A stretch of DNA of 64,000 nt from Methanomassiliicoccaceae archaeon (GCA_963806355.1 CAWDXN010000004.1:145273-209272); one strand, 5' to 3'. Shown: positions 10,132-21,663, numbered from the stretch's first letter. Program-made: numbers and translations. The notes: a model not told the origin generated them from the letters alone.

Positions 10132-12152
10132 CGCTCAGCGCCTCCTTCTGTTCGTCATAGTCGACCTCGTCCTCGTCCTCCTCGACCGGTTCCGCCGAGG
10201 CGGCACTCGGATATCTGCAAGGCCTTGACGTCCCAGTCGCCAGGCAACGGATCGGCCCCGATGACCAGCGCCGGGTCGATGCCGCTGACATAGATCTCGT
10301 TCTCCTCATAGGCCTCCTGGTCCAGCCCCTTCAGGTCGAACTGATATCTCCACCTTCTGCGGTGGATGGGGATGGACCTCAGCTCCCAGGTGATCTTGCC
10401 ATCGTCCTTGACCTCGGTCGGGGAACATGCTGCAGCCCAGTGTAGTCGAGCTTGTCCTGGGGCAGGACCATGTGGAGGTTGAACTTCTGCCCCTTGCGGC
10501 GTGTAGTTGTAGATGGTGACCCTGACCTTGTGGCGCTTCTTCTCGTAGGTGACGGCATCATCGATCCAGACCACGTTCATGATCTTGGTGATGCGTGCCG
10601 GAGAGGGATGGGCACCGGTTTGCCGACGATCTTGGCGCTCTTCTCCGCGATCAGCGGCAGGATGACCTGCACGATGTCGAACTTGGCCTTGGTCTTGACC
10701 TTGGTCTCCTTCTTGTTGAGATGGGTCTTGAGGCTGCGACCGCAGGTCTTGAGGGCCAGTTCGATCTCCTCCTGGATCTCCGGGATGCTGGCGATGGCCT
10801 CCTTGGCCTCGGAGGTGAACGGGACCTTGGTGGAGGCGACGTGCACCATGATGATGGCCGGTCCGAACGGGATGCCCTCGCCGCCCCTCTGCTCCAGGCC
10901 GTAGCGGCGCCAGTCGGTGCTCTCGATGGCCTTGGTGACCGCACATGCGCCTTGCTGGTAGAGCAGTGGCACGCGGTTGGCGAAACGCAGTATCTGCACC
11001 GGCTGTTCCTTGGGCAGATCGCCGCCGTAGACGATGCCCACCTCCACCAGGAAGGGGTTGCCGGCGTAGACCTTGCGGCTCGCGGGTGACCGGGGGGGCG
11101 TAGAACTCCGGTCGTATCTCGTCGAGGACGTTCTTCAGGCCCTTGCGGATCAGGTTCTCCGCCGATGGGCGACAGGCAGTCCGTCTGGGGGGCCATTATC
11201 TTCACGGAGCCGAGCGCCTCGAGCAGCCGCTTGTAATCCTCCAGCCGGAGGCCTCCCGGGTTGTCCTTCTTGTCCACAGGCGCAGGTTGGTCCTTTCCGG
11301 GTCCAGACCGGCCTTCTCGCAGATCTCCTTGGCCAGCCGGTCGCTGATGCGGCTGAAGTCGGTCTGGAGGAACTTGGACAGGGTCTTGGCCTTGGTCTCG
11401 TTGGCCATGTTCATCAAGGTGCCCAGCTCGAGGCCCTCGGGATGAGGCTTGATCTCCTTGGTCGGTGGCGGGAGGTCATCGGTGGCCCTCTCGAAGGTGA
11501 TGCTCCGCCCCTCTGGATCGACGAAGGTGAACTTGGCATGGGGGTTGACGATGGCGGTCTGTTTGAGGTACTCCAGCACCGACTGCTTGCCGGACAGGTA
11601 CCGCCCGTTCATGAAGAACTCCACCCTGGTCCCGTGCTCCTTCTCGTCCCAGATGCTCGAGGTTCCTCGCGCAGCACCTCGGGGAGGTTCTTCTTGGTGT
11701 TGATCATGATGTCCAGCTCCCAGGCGGTCTCCTCGTGGGCGGTCTTGGAGCGGACCGTGGTCGGCCTTACCGGTGGTGATCTGGCCGAACATGACCGTGG
11801 CGGAGATGCCGATGCCCTGCTGCCCCCGGGACTGTCGCACCGCGTGGAACCTTGAACCGTAGAGCAGGCGACCGAAGACGTTGGGTATCATCCTCTTGAC
11901 GATGCCCGGACCGTTGTCCTCCACCGTCACCTTGTACTCGTTCTTCTCGACCCTCTCGATGCGGACCTGGATCTCTGGCAGGATGGACGCCTCCTCGCAG
12001 GCGTCCAGGGAGTTGTCCACCGCCTCCTTGACGCCCATGATCAGCGCTTTCACCTGCGAATCGAAGCCGAGGATCTGCCGGTTCCTCTCGAAGAACTCCG
12101 AGACGGATATCTCCTTCTGCTTCTTGGCCAGCTCTTCAGCGATAGAACTCAT
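10124..12152 (-). CDS. top6B: DNA topoisomerase VI subunit B (GHKL ATPase); at least eight apparent frameshifts
   Basis: Bergerat-fold motifs [15 protein letters not shown] and RGQQGIGIS in ORF 11202..12152. Continuation is seen in ORFs 10651..11277, 10577..11047 ([20 protein letters not shown]), 10155..10946, 10379..10561 and 10124..10309 (acidic tail ...[18 protein letters not shown]). Confidence 0.85.
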
Positions 12153-12238
12153 GGTATCGACCTGGGCTACACTGGATAATTAACGAATGCATCCCTGGGG
12201 CTTAGTATCCCCAGGGACGTAAATAAAAGTTGTTGGGC

Positions 12239-13263
12239 TCAGTCCTGCTTAGGCGGGGCGATGAGCTCGGTGCCGCAGTTCCAGCATTTCTTGTCCGTGT
12301 CGAAGATGACGGCATTGCACTTGGGGCACTTCTTCTCCTCGGCCGTGGCGTTCTTCTGAGCATCGTCGAAGCGTTCTCCGCATTGAGGGCACTTCTCGGC
12401 ATCGACCGGGACGTCCGATCCGCACTCCGAGCAGACCATTTTCTCGGTGGCGACCGCCTTGGCCGCCTCGCGCTTCTTCACTTCGCCCTCCATCTTCTTT
12501 CGGCTACGGTCCATCCAGAAGACCAGGAGCAACAGCATGTAGAACAGCAGGCCGATGTTGAAGAAGGCGATCATCATGCCGGACTGCAGCCAGTAGCATC
12601 AGGATGTCATTGTTGTCGGCGTTGACCGGTCCATAAGCCCCATTGGTTATCTCCCAGGTCCCACCGGCAGCTGTCGTGTCGAGCAAGAACTCGAAGCCAT
12701 AGAGGCCCGATTCGTTCAATTGGATGGTCCTTGAATAGACCGCCCCATTGGACGTGTTATGGGAGAACGGCATGCTCGTGTTGGTGATCGCCGATTCCCC
12801 TGTATCCCAATCATTGGTCAGATAAAGATGAACTGAAGCGTCTGTGGCCCCAGAGGTCAGAGTGACATTGAACGTGTAGAACGTGCCTGGGACGACCCAC
12901 CGCGGGGTTGACCATCCCATCGACCATCGCACCGTTGGGGGATTCCACGGTGTCGCCCTCGAAGTTGACGGTCTGGTTGTACATCATGGTCGTCCAGGTA
13001 AGGCCGAGGACCACAAGCATGACCGTCCCGAAGACGGCCAACCATTTCTTGTTCTTGAACCCGAATATGGTCGGGACCCCATAGAGGACCAAGGCTATGG
13101 CGAGGAAGCTGAAGCATACCCACCATGCGAAGACCATCAGTAGGACCGATATCAAGGCCGCCAGCCCTAAACCCAATGGGGTGGCGTACTTGCTCTTTCT
13201 TATGCCAGATAACATGGACCCGGAACCGTCCTCGGGCGACATCGGCAGGGCATGGTGATGCAA
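12239..13263 (-). CDS. membrane protein with extracytoplasmic domain and C-terminal double zinc ribbon (two apparent frameshifts)
   Basis: Joins ORFs 12811..13263 (TM segments), 12504..12932 (TFYTFNVTLTSGATDASVHLYLTNDWDTGE..., beta-rich) and 12239..12577 (TM, then CSECG...CPQCG...CPKCN...CWNCG). Confidence 0.55.
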
Positions 13264-13347
13264 TCCTTAAATCTATTGCAGTTGCCCCACTGCATCAGAC
13301 GCCACCCAGCTCCATCCTCCCCTCAAGGGCGACATCGCAAAGAATAG

Positions 13348-14334
13348 ATGCCCGACGCTACCATTGGTCATTCAATGATCGAGGGACTTGGACTTGCCGT
13401 CATCGCCTTGGGGGGGAACGCCATACTCCGTCCCGGAGAGGAGGCCACCTTCGCCGTCCAAATGCGTCATCTCCATGCGACGATGCGTCGTGTGGTGAGC
13501 GTCATGGAACGTTTCAGTGGCATGGTCATCACCCATGGCAACGGCCCCCAGGTGGGGGACATCCTATTGCAGAACGAGATGGCCCGTGGCAAGGTCCCGC
13601 CCATGCCATTGGACGTCTGCGTGGCGCAATCGCAAGGTCAGATCGGTTATATGGTCCAATTGGCCCTGATGAACGAAATGCGGAGGGCAGGGATCGAAAC
13701 TGACGTCATCTGCGCCCTGACCGCCGTGACCATCGACCCAGGACATAACAACGAACGGGCCATCAAACCCATCGGACCATATTATTCGGAACAGGAGGCG
13801 GTCGAGATAAAGGCGCAGAGGGGTTGGGAGATGGTCGAGGACGCTGCCCGAGGGGGCTATCGCCGGGTCGTCCCATCCCCGCCCCCCTTGGAGGTTTTGG
13901 GCATCAAACATCTGGGGGAATTGGTTATGAGGCAGGGGAGACGGACCATCCTCATTGCTGGTGGAGGGGGTGGCGTGCCGCTCCGCCGTCAGGGGGACGT
14001 ATATTCAGGGATGGAGGCGGTCATCGACAAGGACCTGACCTCCGCGCTCATCGCTAGGGACCTGAGCGCCGATATGCTAATAATGCTGACCGATATTGAG
14101 GCAGTCTACAAAGGGTTCCGGACCCGGTCCCCCCTCGCCATAACCAAGGCCACCCCCAACGAGATGATGGCACTGATGGTCGAGGGTCAATTCCCCGCAG
14201 GGACCATGGGCCCCAAGGTGAGGGCGGCCTGCGGGTTCGCCGAGGAAGGTGGCACGGCGTTGATAACCGACGCTGACCACCTGCCATCGGCCCTAGAGGG
14301 TCTTTCCGGAACGACCATAGTCAAAGAGCGGTAA
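13348..14334 (+). CDS. arcC: carbamate kinase
   Basis: Intact 328 aa. IALGGNAIL, ITHGNGPQVG, SQGQIGYM, GYRRVVPSPPP, GGGGGVP, AVIDKDL and GTMGPKV all match carbamate kinase. Confidence 0.9.
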   Translation: MPDATIGHSMIEGLGLAVIALGGNAILRPGEEATFAVQMRHLHATMRRVVSVMERFSGMVITHGNGPQVGDILLQNEMARGKVPPMPLDVCVAQSQGQIGYMVQLALMNEMRRAGIETDVICALTAVTIDPGHNNERAIKPIGPYYSEQEAVEIKAQRGWEMVEDAARGGYRRVVPSPPPLEVLGIKHLGELVMRQGRRTILIAGGGGGVPLRRQGDVYSGMEAVIDKDLTSALIARDLSADMLIMLTDIEAVYKGFRTRSPLAITKATPNEMMALMVEGQFPAGTMGPKVRAACGFAEEGGTALITDADHLPSALEGLSGTTIVKER

Positions 14335-14336
14335 AA

Positions 14337-15452
14337 ATGGGCTCCCCCATAGAAGAACAGATCAAAGAGGTCCAGGCGGAGATCGACAAGACCCAGGTCA
14401 ACAAGCATACCGAGTATCACGTCGGTAAGCTGAAGGCCAAGATAGCCCGCCTCAAGATGGAACAGGAGAAGCGCCGCTCCGCCTCCGGGGGCGGGGGGCG
14501 GGTCTATGGAGTAAAGAAGTCAGGGAATGCCACCGTGGCCTTGGTGGGCTTCCCCAGCGTGGGCAAGTCCACGCTCCTGAACAAGCTCACCGATGCCGAT
14601 AGCGAGGTGGGCGCCTATGACTTCACCACGCTGGACGTTGTGCCAGGCATTATGGAGTACAAGGGCGCCAAGATCCAGATACTCGACCTGCCTGGTCTGA
14701 TCCGGGACGCGGCCAAGGGCAAGGGTCGGGGGAGGGAGGTGCTTTCGGTGGTGCGGGCCGCCGACCTCATCCTTTTCATCATGGACCCCTATGATACGAA
14801 CCTGCATGTCCTGATAAACGAGCTGGAGGGCACCGGGATGCGACTGAACACCCGACCTCCGGACGTGGTCATCACCAGGCGCGAGCAGGGGGGCATCGAG
14901 ATCAAGACCACCGTCCCCCTCACCAAGATGGACGAGGAACTTGCCAAGGAGGTGGTGGCGGAGTATGGCTACATCAGCGCCGATGTGGTCATCCGCGAGG
15001 ACGTGACGGTGGACCAGCTCATCGATGTGCTTACCGGGAACCGGATCTATAGCAAGGCCATCCTGACCATCAACAAGATGGACACCGCCGACAAGGAGCA
15101 CTTGAAGCAGTTGAAGAAGGAGCTGCGTCAGTGGCACCCCATATTCATCTCCGCCTCCAAGGAGCAGGGTCTGGACGAGCTCAAGGAGTCCATCTTCAAA
15201 CACATCGACCTCATCCGGGTGTTCCTGAAGAAGCAGGGGCAGGATGCCGACCTCAAGGAACCCTTGATTGTGCGCAAGGACAGCACCGTCGGGGAGGTTT
15301 GCGACTCGTTGCACCGTGTCTTCCGGCAGAACTTCCGCTACGCCGTGGTCTGGGGCAAGAGCGCCAAGTTCCCAGGGCAGATGGTGGGCTTGGACCATGT
15401 TCTCCAGGACGGGGACGTGCTGAGCGTGATCATAAAACGCACCGGCGAATGA
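14337..15452 (+). CDS. DRG/Obg-family GTP-binding protein with C-terminal TGS domain
   Basis: Intact 371 aa. G1 GFPSVGKSTLLN, G3 DLPGL, NKMD, and a TGS-like C-terminus. Confidence 0.9.
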   Translation: MGSPIEEQIKEVQAEIDKTQVNKHTEYHVGKLKAKIARLKMEQEKRRSASGGGGRVYGVKKSGNATVALVGFPSVGKSTLLNKLTDADSEVGAYDFTTLDVVPGIMEYKGAKIQILDLPGLIRDAAKGKGRGREVLSVVRAADLILFIMDPYDTNLHVLINELEGTGMRLNTRPPDVVITRREQGGIEIKTTVPLTKMDEELAKEVVAEYGYISADVVIREDVTVDQLIDVLTGNRIYSKAILTINKMDTADKEHLKQLKKELRQWHPIFISASKEQGLDELKESIFKHIDLIRVFLKKQGQDADLKEPLIVRKDSTVGEVCDSLHRVFRQNFRYAVVWGKSAKFPGQMVGLDHVLQDGDVLSVIIKRTGE

Positions 15453-15465
15453 AGGGCCGGGACGA

Positions 15466-16679
15466 ATGTTTAATCATGGGGAAGCGTTTTTTCGAAGCAT
15501 GAAGCCAAGGCAAGGCCCATCCACCAAAGCGGTGCATGCAGGCGAGCTCGTGGGCGTCATGGGGTCAGTGAACACCCCGATCGTCCAGACGGCCACCTTC
15601 TACTACCCCACCGAGAACGAGTCCACTTGGAAGGGTGAGCTCCCGGAGGGCACGTACATCTACTCTCGGCATGGCAACCCCACCATTAGGGCGGCGGAGG
15701 AGAAGATCGCCTCGTTGGAGGGAGCGGAGGACGCCTTGGTGTTCGCCTCGGGCATGGCAGCGACCTCGGCCATAGCCCTTTCGTTGCTGAGCAAGGGGGA
15801 CCGGATAGTCTCCATGGAGGACATCTATGGCGGCACGTTCAACCTGTTCAAGAACGAGCTACCTCGGCTCGGGATAGAGACCTCTTTCGTGCCATCGGTG
15901 CGGACCGAGGACATCCTGTCCGCAGTGGACAAGAGCACAAAGCTCATCTGGTTGGAGAGCCCCACCAATCCATTGCTGAAGTTGGTGGACGTTGAGGCGG
16001 TGGCGAAGGGCGCCCACGACACTCGGCGTCAAGGTCGCCATCGACAGCACCTTTGCCAGCCCCATGAACCAGAACCCATTGGCCATGGGCGCCGACATCG
16101 TGATGCATTCCTGCACAAAGTACCTCAATGGGCATTCGGACCTGGTGGCAGGGGCGGTGGCCGGTCCCAAGTCGATCATGCAGGAGATCTGGAAGCGCCG
16201 CGTCACCATAGGTGGGAACCTGGACCCGATGGGCGGGTTCCTTCTCCTCCGGGGTATGAAGACCTTGGCGGTGCGCATGCAGAGGCACAACGAGAACGGA
16301 ATGGCCTTTGGCCACTCATCTTCAGAGCCATGAGAAGGTGCAGAAGGTGCATTATCCTGGTCTGCCGTCCCATCCCCAATACGATCTCGCCCGGCGTACA
16401 TTACGGGGCTTCGGAGGCATGGTCTCCTTCGAGATCAAGGGCGATCAGAAAGCCGCCTTCAAGGTGATGAGGTCCTTGCGCATGATAGCTCTGGCCCCTA
16501 GCTTGGGCGGCGTGGAATCGTTGGCCAGCATGCCGCTAAACACATCCCATGTGGCCTTCTCCGCCGAGGAGCGTAAACGCCTGGGCCTAAACGATTCGCT
16601 CATCCGCATATCCGCTGGAATAGAGGACATCGAGGACATCATCGAGGACCTGGACCAAGCCTTGGACTCGGCAAAATAG
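15466..16679 (+). CDS. Cys/Met-metabolism PLP enzyme (cystathionine gamma-synthase/lyase or O-acetylhomoserine sulfhydrylase family); two apparent frameshifts (about 16010, 16315)
   Basis: YSRHGNPT, VFASGMAA, DSTFASP and the PLP-lysine motif HSCTKYLNGHSD, then SLGGVESL...RISAGIEDIEDI. Reading spans ORFs 15466..16467, 15992..16333 and 16308..16679. Confidence 0.8.
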
Positions 16680-16750
16680 GAAAGCTGGTCAAGGCTGATG
16701 GAGGGCCAGTCCACGAAAAGGTTAAGTCCGACCAAAATATTGCTCGGCAG

Positions 16751-18202
16751 ATGATCCAAAGACCGCGCGGCACGAGGGATTTCGGGCCTTCCGAGATGGA
16801 GACCAGAAGATATTTCGAAAGCATGATGCGTTCGATATGTCTGGCCCATGGCTTCCGCGAGGTCCAGACCCCCACCTTCGAGCATACCGAGCTATTCACC
16901 ACAAAGTCCGGGCCAGGGATCGTTGACGAGATCTATGCCTTCAAGGACAAGGGGGACAGGGAGATATGCCTCCGCCCAGAGCTCACCGCACCGGTCATCC
17001 GTTTCTTCATCAACGATCTAACCAACTATCCCCGCCCGCTCAAGCTGTTCTACTTCGGACCGTGCTTCCGGTACGAAAGGCCCCAGGCCGGTAGGTTCCG
17101 TGAGTTCTACCAGTTCGGGGCCGAGGTCATCGGTTCCTCGACCCCGGAGATGGACGCCGAGGTCATCGGTCTGGCGGCCTCCATGCTCGAGGCCACCGGC
17201 CTTCAGGACTATCGCATCCGCATCGGGCACATCGGCATTCTGCGGTCGCTGCTCGCCGACGCGGGGGTGGCGGGTGATGCGGCGTTGCCCATATTGCAGA
17301 AGCTGGACAAGAAGCTGTACGACGAGGCGGCCCCATTGATGAAGGGGGCGGGCATGTCCGATGAGGCGATGGAGAAGGTCGTTCGGACCACCCAGATATC
17401 TGGCCCCATCAGCGTGTTAAAGGATTATGAAGGCGAGGCCAAAGCCTACCTGGAGGAGGTCTTCGACATCCTTCAGCACTATGGTTTCCGCAACCTGCAG
17501 GTCGATCTGGGCGTGGTCCGTGGGCTGGCCTATTACACTGGCGTGGTGTTCGAGGTCGACGCCCCCAAGCTAGGGGCGGAGAAGCAGATCTGCGGGGGAG
17601 GGTCTTACTCCCTGAGCGAGCTGTTCGGCGGTGAGAAGGTCCATTCCACCGGCTTTGGCATCGGTTTCGACAGGACCCTCATCGCTTTGGAGAAGGAAGG
17701 ATCGCTTCCGATCAAGGTCCGTTTGCAGGCTTACGTGGTCCCGGTGGGCGATTCCACCCGAAGCAAGGCCTGTGAGATCACCGCCATGTTGCGCAAGGGC
17801 GGCATTTCTGCCGACATGGACCTGATGCGACGGAACATGGGCAAGAACTTCAAGTACGCCGACGCGGTGGGCGCGGAGAAGGTAATAATCGTGGGCGAGA
17901 AGGAACTGGAGACCGGGTCGGTCAACGTCCGGGACATGGCGAGCGGCACCCAGACCCTGGTGGGCATCGAGGAGCTCGTCGTCATCTCGGACCGACAAAG
18001 TCTTGAGTTCGATCAGATTATGGTCGGTCTTCCTGGGCTCGCTTCCAATCTCCGATCTGGCTCTCTCCAGCTCATCATCGTCCATGTCATCTATGGATTT
18101 CCCGCAGCGACGCTCGATCTCCCTCTTCTTCTCATCGTCCATGACCATCATGATCATCCATCGCTTGCGGGTCCGCCTCTTGGGCAGACCATCCGAGGAT
18201 GA
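16751..18202 (+). CDS. hisS: histidyl-tRNA synthetase (the last ~65 codons of the as-sequenced ORF look non-native; true end probably near 18000)
   Basis: Class II motifs MIQRPRGTRDF, CLRPELTAP, FRYERPQAGRFREFYQFG and GGGSY...GFGIGFDR, plus an anticodon-binding domain. The tail after ...LVGIEELV is antisense to a small acidic ORF. Confidence 0.85.
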   Translation: MIQRPRGTRDFGPSEMETRRYFESMMRSICLAHGFREVQTPTFEHTELFTTKSGPGIVDEIYAFKDKGDREICLRPELTAPVIRFFINDLTNYPRPLKLFYFGPCFRYERPQAGRFREFYQFGAEVIGSSTPEMDAEVIGLAASMLEATGLQDYRIRIGHIGILRSLLADAGVAGDAALPILQKLDKKLYDEAAPLMKGAGMSDEAMEKVVRTTQISGPISVLKDYEGEAKAYLEEVFDILQHYGFRNLQVDLGVVRGLAYYTGVVFEVDAPKLGAEKQICGGGSYSLSELFGGEKVHSTGFGIGFDRTLIALEKEGSLPIKVRLQAYVVPVGDSTRSKACEITAMLRKGGISADMDLMRRNMGKNFKYADAVGAEKVIIVGEKELETGSVNVRDMASGTQTLVGIEELVVISDRQSLEFDQIMVGLPGLASNLRSGSLQLIIVHVIYGFPAATLDLPLLLIVHDHHDHPSLAGPPLGQTIRG

Positions 18203-18502
18203 TTTCCGACACCGCCATCCCCTATCTCCAATTTTTCATATGATGTTCATCTGCGAAGATATTAATGAGGTTGCCAGGCTCGAACATGATCAAAGGGCAA
18301 CGACCTCGCAAGGCAATAATGAAAAGTTGGTGCGAGGCCGATGAAGATGGGGGGATAAACTAACTCTATAAGGAGGAGAGTTGAGCCACCGGCCCTCAGC
18401 ACCGAAACACACTCATCAGCCCCCCCTATAAATAATTAATCAAGAGAGGTCCAATCACACACGAATTAATCGAAGCCATATCGCCATAAGGCGTCACCTC
18501 TG

Positions 18503-18921
18503 TCAATGAGGTACGGTGCAGATGTCAAGCTCCTGGTTCACCAAGGCATCCGCCTGCCTGATCATAGGGTTCTCTCGGGGGACATGTTTGATGCGGTAGT
18601 GTTCGGAGATCGGCCAACGCTGCCATGACCTTTTCATAATGCGGCCGCAGGTTGGCCGCCTTGACCGCATATCTTCCCGAGGACATGGTTCACCACCAGT
18701 TCGCTGTCCATGAAGATCTCCAGCTCATCGGCGCCATGTTGCTTCGCCGCCTCGATGGCCGCAAGAAGTCCAAGGTATTCCGCCTCGTTGTTCGTCATTC
18801 GGCCAAGATATCTCGCACCCTTCTTGATCACCTTGCCCTCCTGGTCGCATAGCAGGAAGCCATAGGCCGCCGCCCCGGGGTTGCCCCTGGACCCACCATC
18901 GGAATACGTCGTCAGCTTCAT
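18503..18921 (-). CDS. rnhA: ribonuclease HI (type 1 RNase H); two apparent frameshifts
   Basis: YSDGGSRGNPGAAAYGF, NNEAEYLGLLAAIEAA and MDSELVV, then (after frame changes) YAVKAANLRPHYEKV and HYRIKHVPRENPMIRQADALVNQ with TGA at 18503-18505. Confidence 0.75.
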
Positions 18922-19259
18922 AGGTCCTTCACGTACCGGTTCATATCGTCGACGAATATCACTTTGGGCTTGATCGGACGGTCAGTGAGCTCGAAGGACA
19001 TGATTATGACCTTATGCCCTTCTTTCACCAGATGTGCTGCTCCGCCGTTCACGGATATCGTCCCGGACCCTCTCTCCCCCTCGAAAACATAGGTCTCGAA
19101 GCGAGCCCCATTGTCCGCATCTGACACCAGCACCTTCTCCCCTGGCCAGATGTCCGTCTTCTCGAGGAGCAGGGGGTCGATGACGATGCTCCCTATGTAG
19201 TCCGGGTGCCTCTCGGTGATGGTGGCCCGGTGTATCTTACCTCGAAGGACGAAGCGCAT
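18918..19259 (-). CDS. panD: aspartate 1-decarboxylase (pyruvoyl-dependent PanD)
   Basis: Intact 113 aa. GKIHRATIT, processing site YIGS, and ISVNGGAAHL. Collinear with E. coli PanD from memory. 4-nt overlap with rnhA. Confidence 0.88.
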   Translation of the reverse strand: MRFVLRGKIHRATITERHPDYIGSIVIDPLLLEKTDIWPGEKVLVSDADNGARFETYVFEGERGSGTISVNGGAAHLVKEGHKVIIMSFELTDRPIKPKVIFVDDMNRYVKDL

Positions 19260-19537
19260 AATCCCTCCATAATCACCATTCCCAAATATCTTTTCCTTAT
19301 ACCATTCGATTGTTCAGCTAAGGCCAGTGTATATACGCTGACATAATGTTTTCGAAAGTTAGTATGGCTCGCACCATCCTTTCTCAAATTATTGTTATTA
19401 GAAAATATATCAAGGAAATCATCAGCTAGGTTATGGGTATGTTAAGACCACATAGTCGAATGATGAGCAGGCCCGGTATTCTAGAGATTCATAATCATTA
19501 TTACATGGATTTGTCCATTTAGATTAGAGGTTCGAAC

Positions 19538-21035
19538 TTGGCCAAGGGTCTTGTCAAAGAGAAAAGGTTCATCGGAACGAGAGCCCGTTATGACGCGATC
19601 TTGGGCTCGTTCTGGTTCACGCCTTTGTTCATGAGCGCCATTTCGATCGTCCTTGCATTACTATTGATATGGTTAGAAAATAATGGATTCATGGATTGGA
19701 TTGTTTATCGGAATCCATTCAACCCCGATACGGTCAGAGGGAACACGATCACGCTGACCGCGACCTTGATCAGCCTATTTGGCGTGATCATGTCCGTGGC
19801 TTTGATCCCATTCTCCCTTGCAGTGGGTCAGTATGGGCACACCGTGGTTGCCATTTATATGAAGGACAAAGGCATCCAGAACGTCACCGGTTGGTTCGGG
19901 GCTGCGATCTTCTATAATGCCACAGTATTATTCGCAATGCCGACTTCACCAACCGCGGCCACTCTCCCCGAATTCGCTGTGATGTTCGGGTGGTTCTTCT
20001 TCGTCGGGTCCCTTGTCGTGGTGATCTATTTCTTCAGCCACGTGGCAGGATTGCTCTCCGCTATGACGGTCGCGAACCTCATATCAAAACAGACTATGGA
20101 GGAGATTGAGAATCCAAAGGCCCTACGACCGGGTATTTAATTATTCACCGGAAATGATAGAGAAATTCGAGGCCACGTTAAAAAGAATAGAGGTAGATGG
20201 ATATTACATTCGGTCCCGTCATTCGGGGTATGTCAGAGGCGTTGACTATAGTCGAATGGTTCGAAAGGCGGAGAAAAGGAAAATCACCATCCTTGTACAA
20301 AAATCTCCTGGAGATTACAGTGCGGTCGGAGAACCTCTGGTCAGATACCTCCCTGAAAGGTCGACCGCCCATCTTAGAAGAAGGGTCTGGCAAAGAGCAA
20401 AAATGAGCAGAAAACCTGAGAAGGTCCGTAATGACCGTTGGTTGCTCAAGAGAAGGGAACGATTGAGAATATGGGAGCGGAACGAGGATGTCTATCGAAT
20501 GATAGACGAGAAGGTCATAAGTCGTTGGGTCAACAAATCATATAACTTTGGGATGCAGCGCTCTCTGCTCCAGGACATTGATTACGGTCTTCAACAACTG
20601 GTGGTGATGGCTTGCACGGCCCTATCGCCAGCCATTAATGCACCTTTGACAGCGATCATTTGCGTCGACAGGCTTGGTCTTGTGCTTGGAGAGATCACAG
20701 CAAGACCCTCACAATCCCCCTATAAGATCAGCAGGAAGGAGGAATTAAGGGTCATCTCAAAACCTGATACGTTTGATCTACTGATGAACACAGGTTTCAA
20801 TCAGATCAGACAATATGGACATGCACAATTCGAGGTCATGGAGAGACAGCTGAACGCCATCGAAGCGATCGCATATCGTTCTACAAAAGCCAATCACCTT
20901 GACATCCTTCAAATGCACGCTGAGCTGGTTCGCAATGAAGCAAATCAATTCATTGCGACAGAATGGGGGAAACAACAGGTAGAGGTCGCATATCTTTCCG
21001 CGGTCAAGGTGATCAATTCTAAAAGAGTGATCTAG
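19538..21035 (+). CDS. DUF2254-family membrane protein (one apparent frameshift near 20115; TTG start)
   Basis: N-terminal four TM segments (ORF 19538..20140) plus a soluble C-terminal domain with DIDYGLQQLVVMACTALSPAINAPLTAIICVDRL (ORF 20106..21035), the motif I recall for DUF2254. Confidence 0.65.
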
Positions 21036-21045
21036 GTCGACGAAT

Positions 21046-21596
21046 ATGGAAAGAGAGCAAGCGCTGGACCTGGCACGAAAACACGTTTCGAAGGAATCGA
21101 ACCTTAAGCATATGATCGCGGTTGGAGGCATAATGCGAGAGCTGGCCATCCAACTGGGACAGGATGTCTCAGGACTGGGAGGCCGTGGGCATCCTTCACG
21201 ACATCGATTTTGAGATGTGCACGGGGCCTCAGGACCACACGATCGTGGCAAGGGACATTCTTTGCGACCAACTCGACCAAACCCTGATAGAGGCCATCAT
21301 GGCACACAACCATGAGCATACGCGGGTTCCGGTGGACAACGATATCAAACGGGCCTTGATCTGCAGTGACGCGGTCTCAGGGCTCATCATCGCAGCCACA
21401 CTGGTCCTTCCCAGCAAGAAGATCGCCGATGTCAATCCCAAGTCCTTGATGAAAAAATACAACTCCAAGGACTTCGCCAAAGGGGTGAGCCGAGAACGGA
21501 TAGCCCTATGCGCAGAGCTCGGGTTTGAGCTTGGAGGAGTTCCTAGGGATAGCCCTCACCGGTATGAGGGGGATCGCAGCAGAGATCGACCTCTGA
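21046..21596 (+). CDS. HD-superfamily hydrolase (COG2316-like); two apparent frameshifts
   Basis: MEREQALDLARKHVSKESNLKHMIAVGGIMRELA..., then GILHDIDFE...AIMAHNH...SDAVSGLI, then EFLGIALTGMRGIAAEIDL with TGA 21594-21596. H...HD...H...D metal-ligand pattern. Confidence 0.7.
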
Positions 21597-21663
21597 TCGT
21601 TCGTGCGAGGAGCGATGCATCAAACTATTTGGAATTGAACACATTCATGAGAGTGCCATATGA

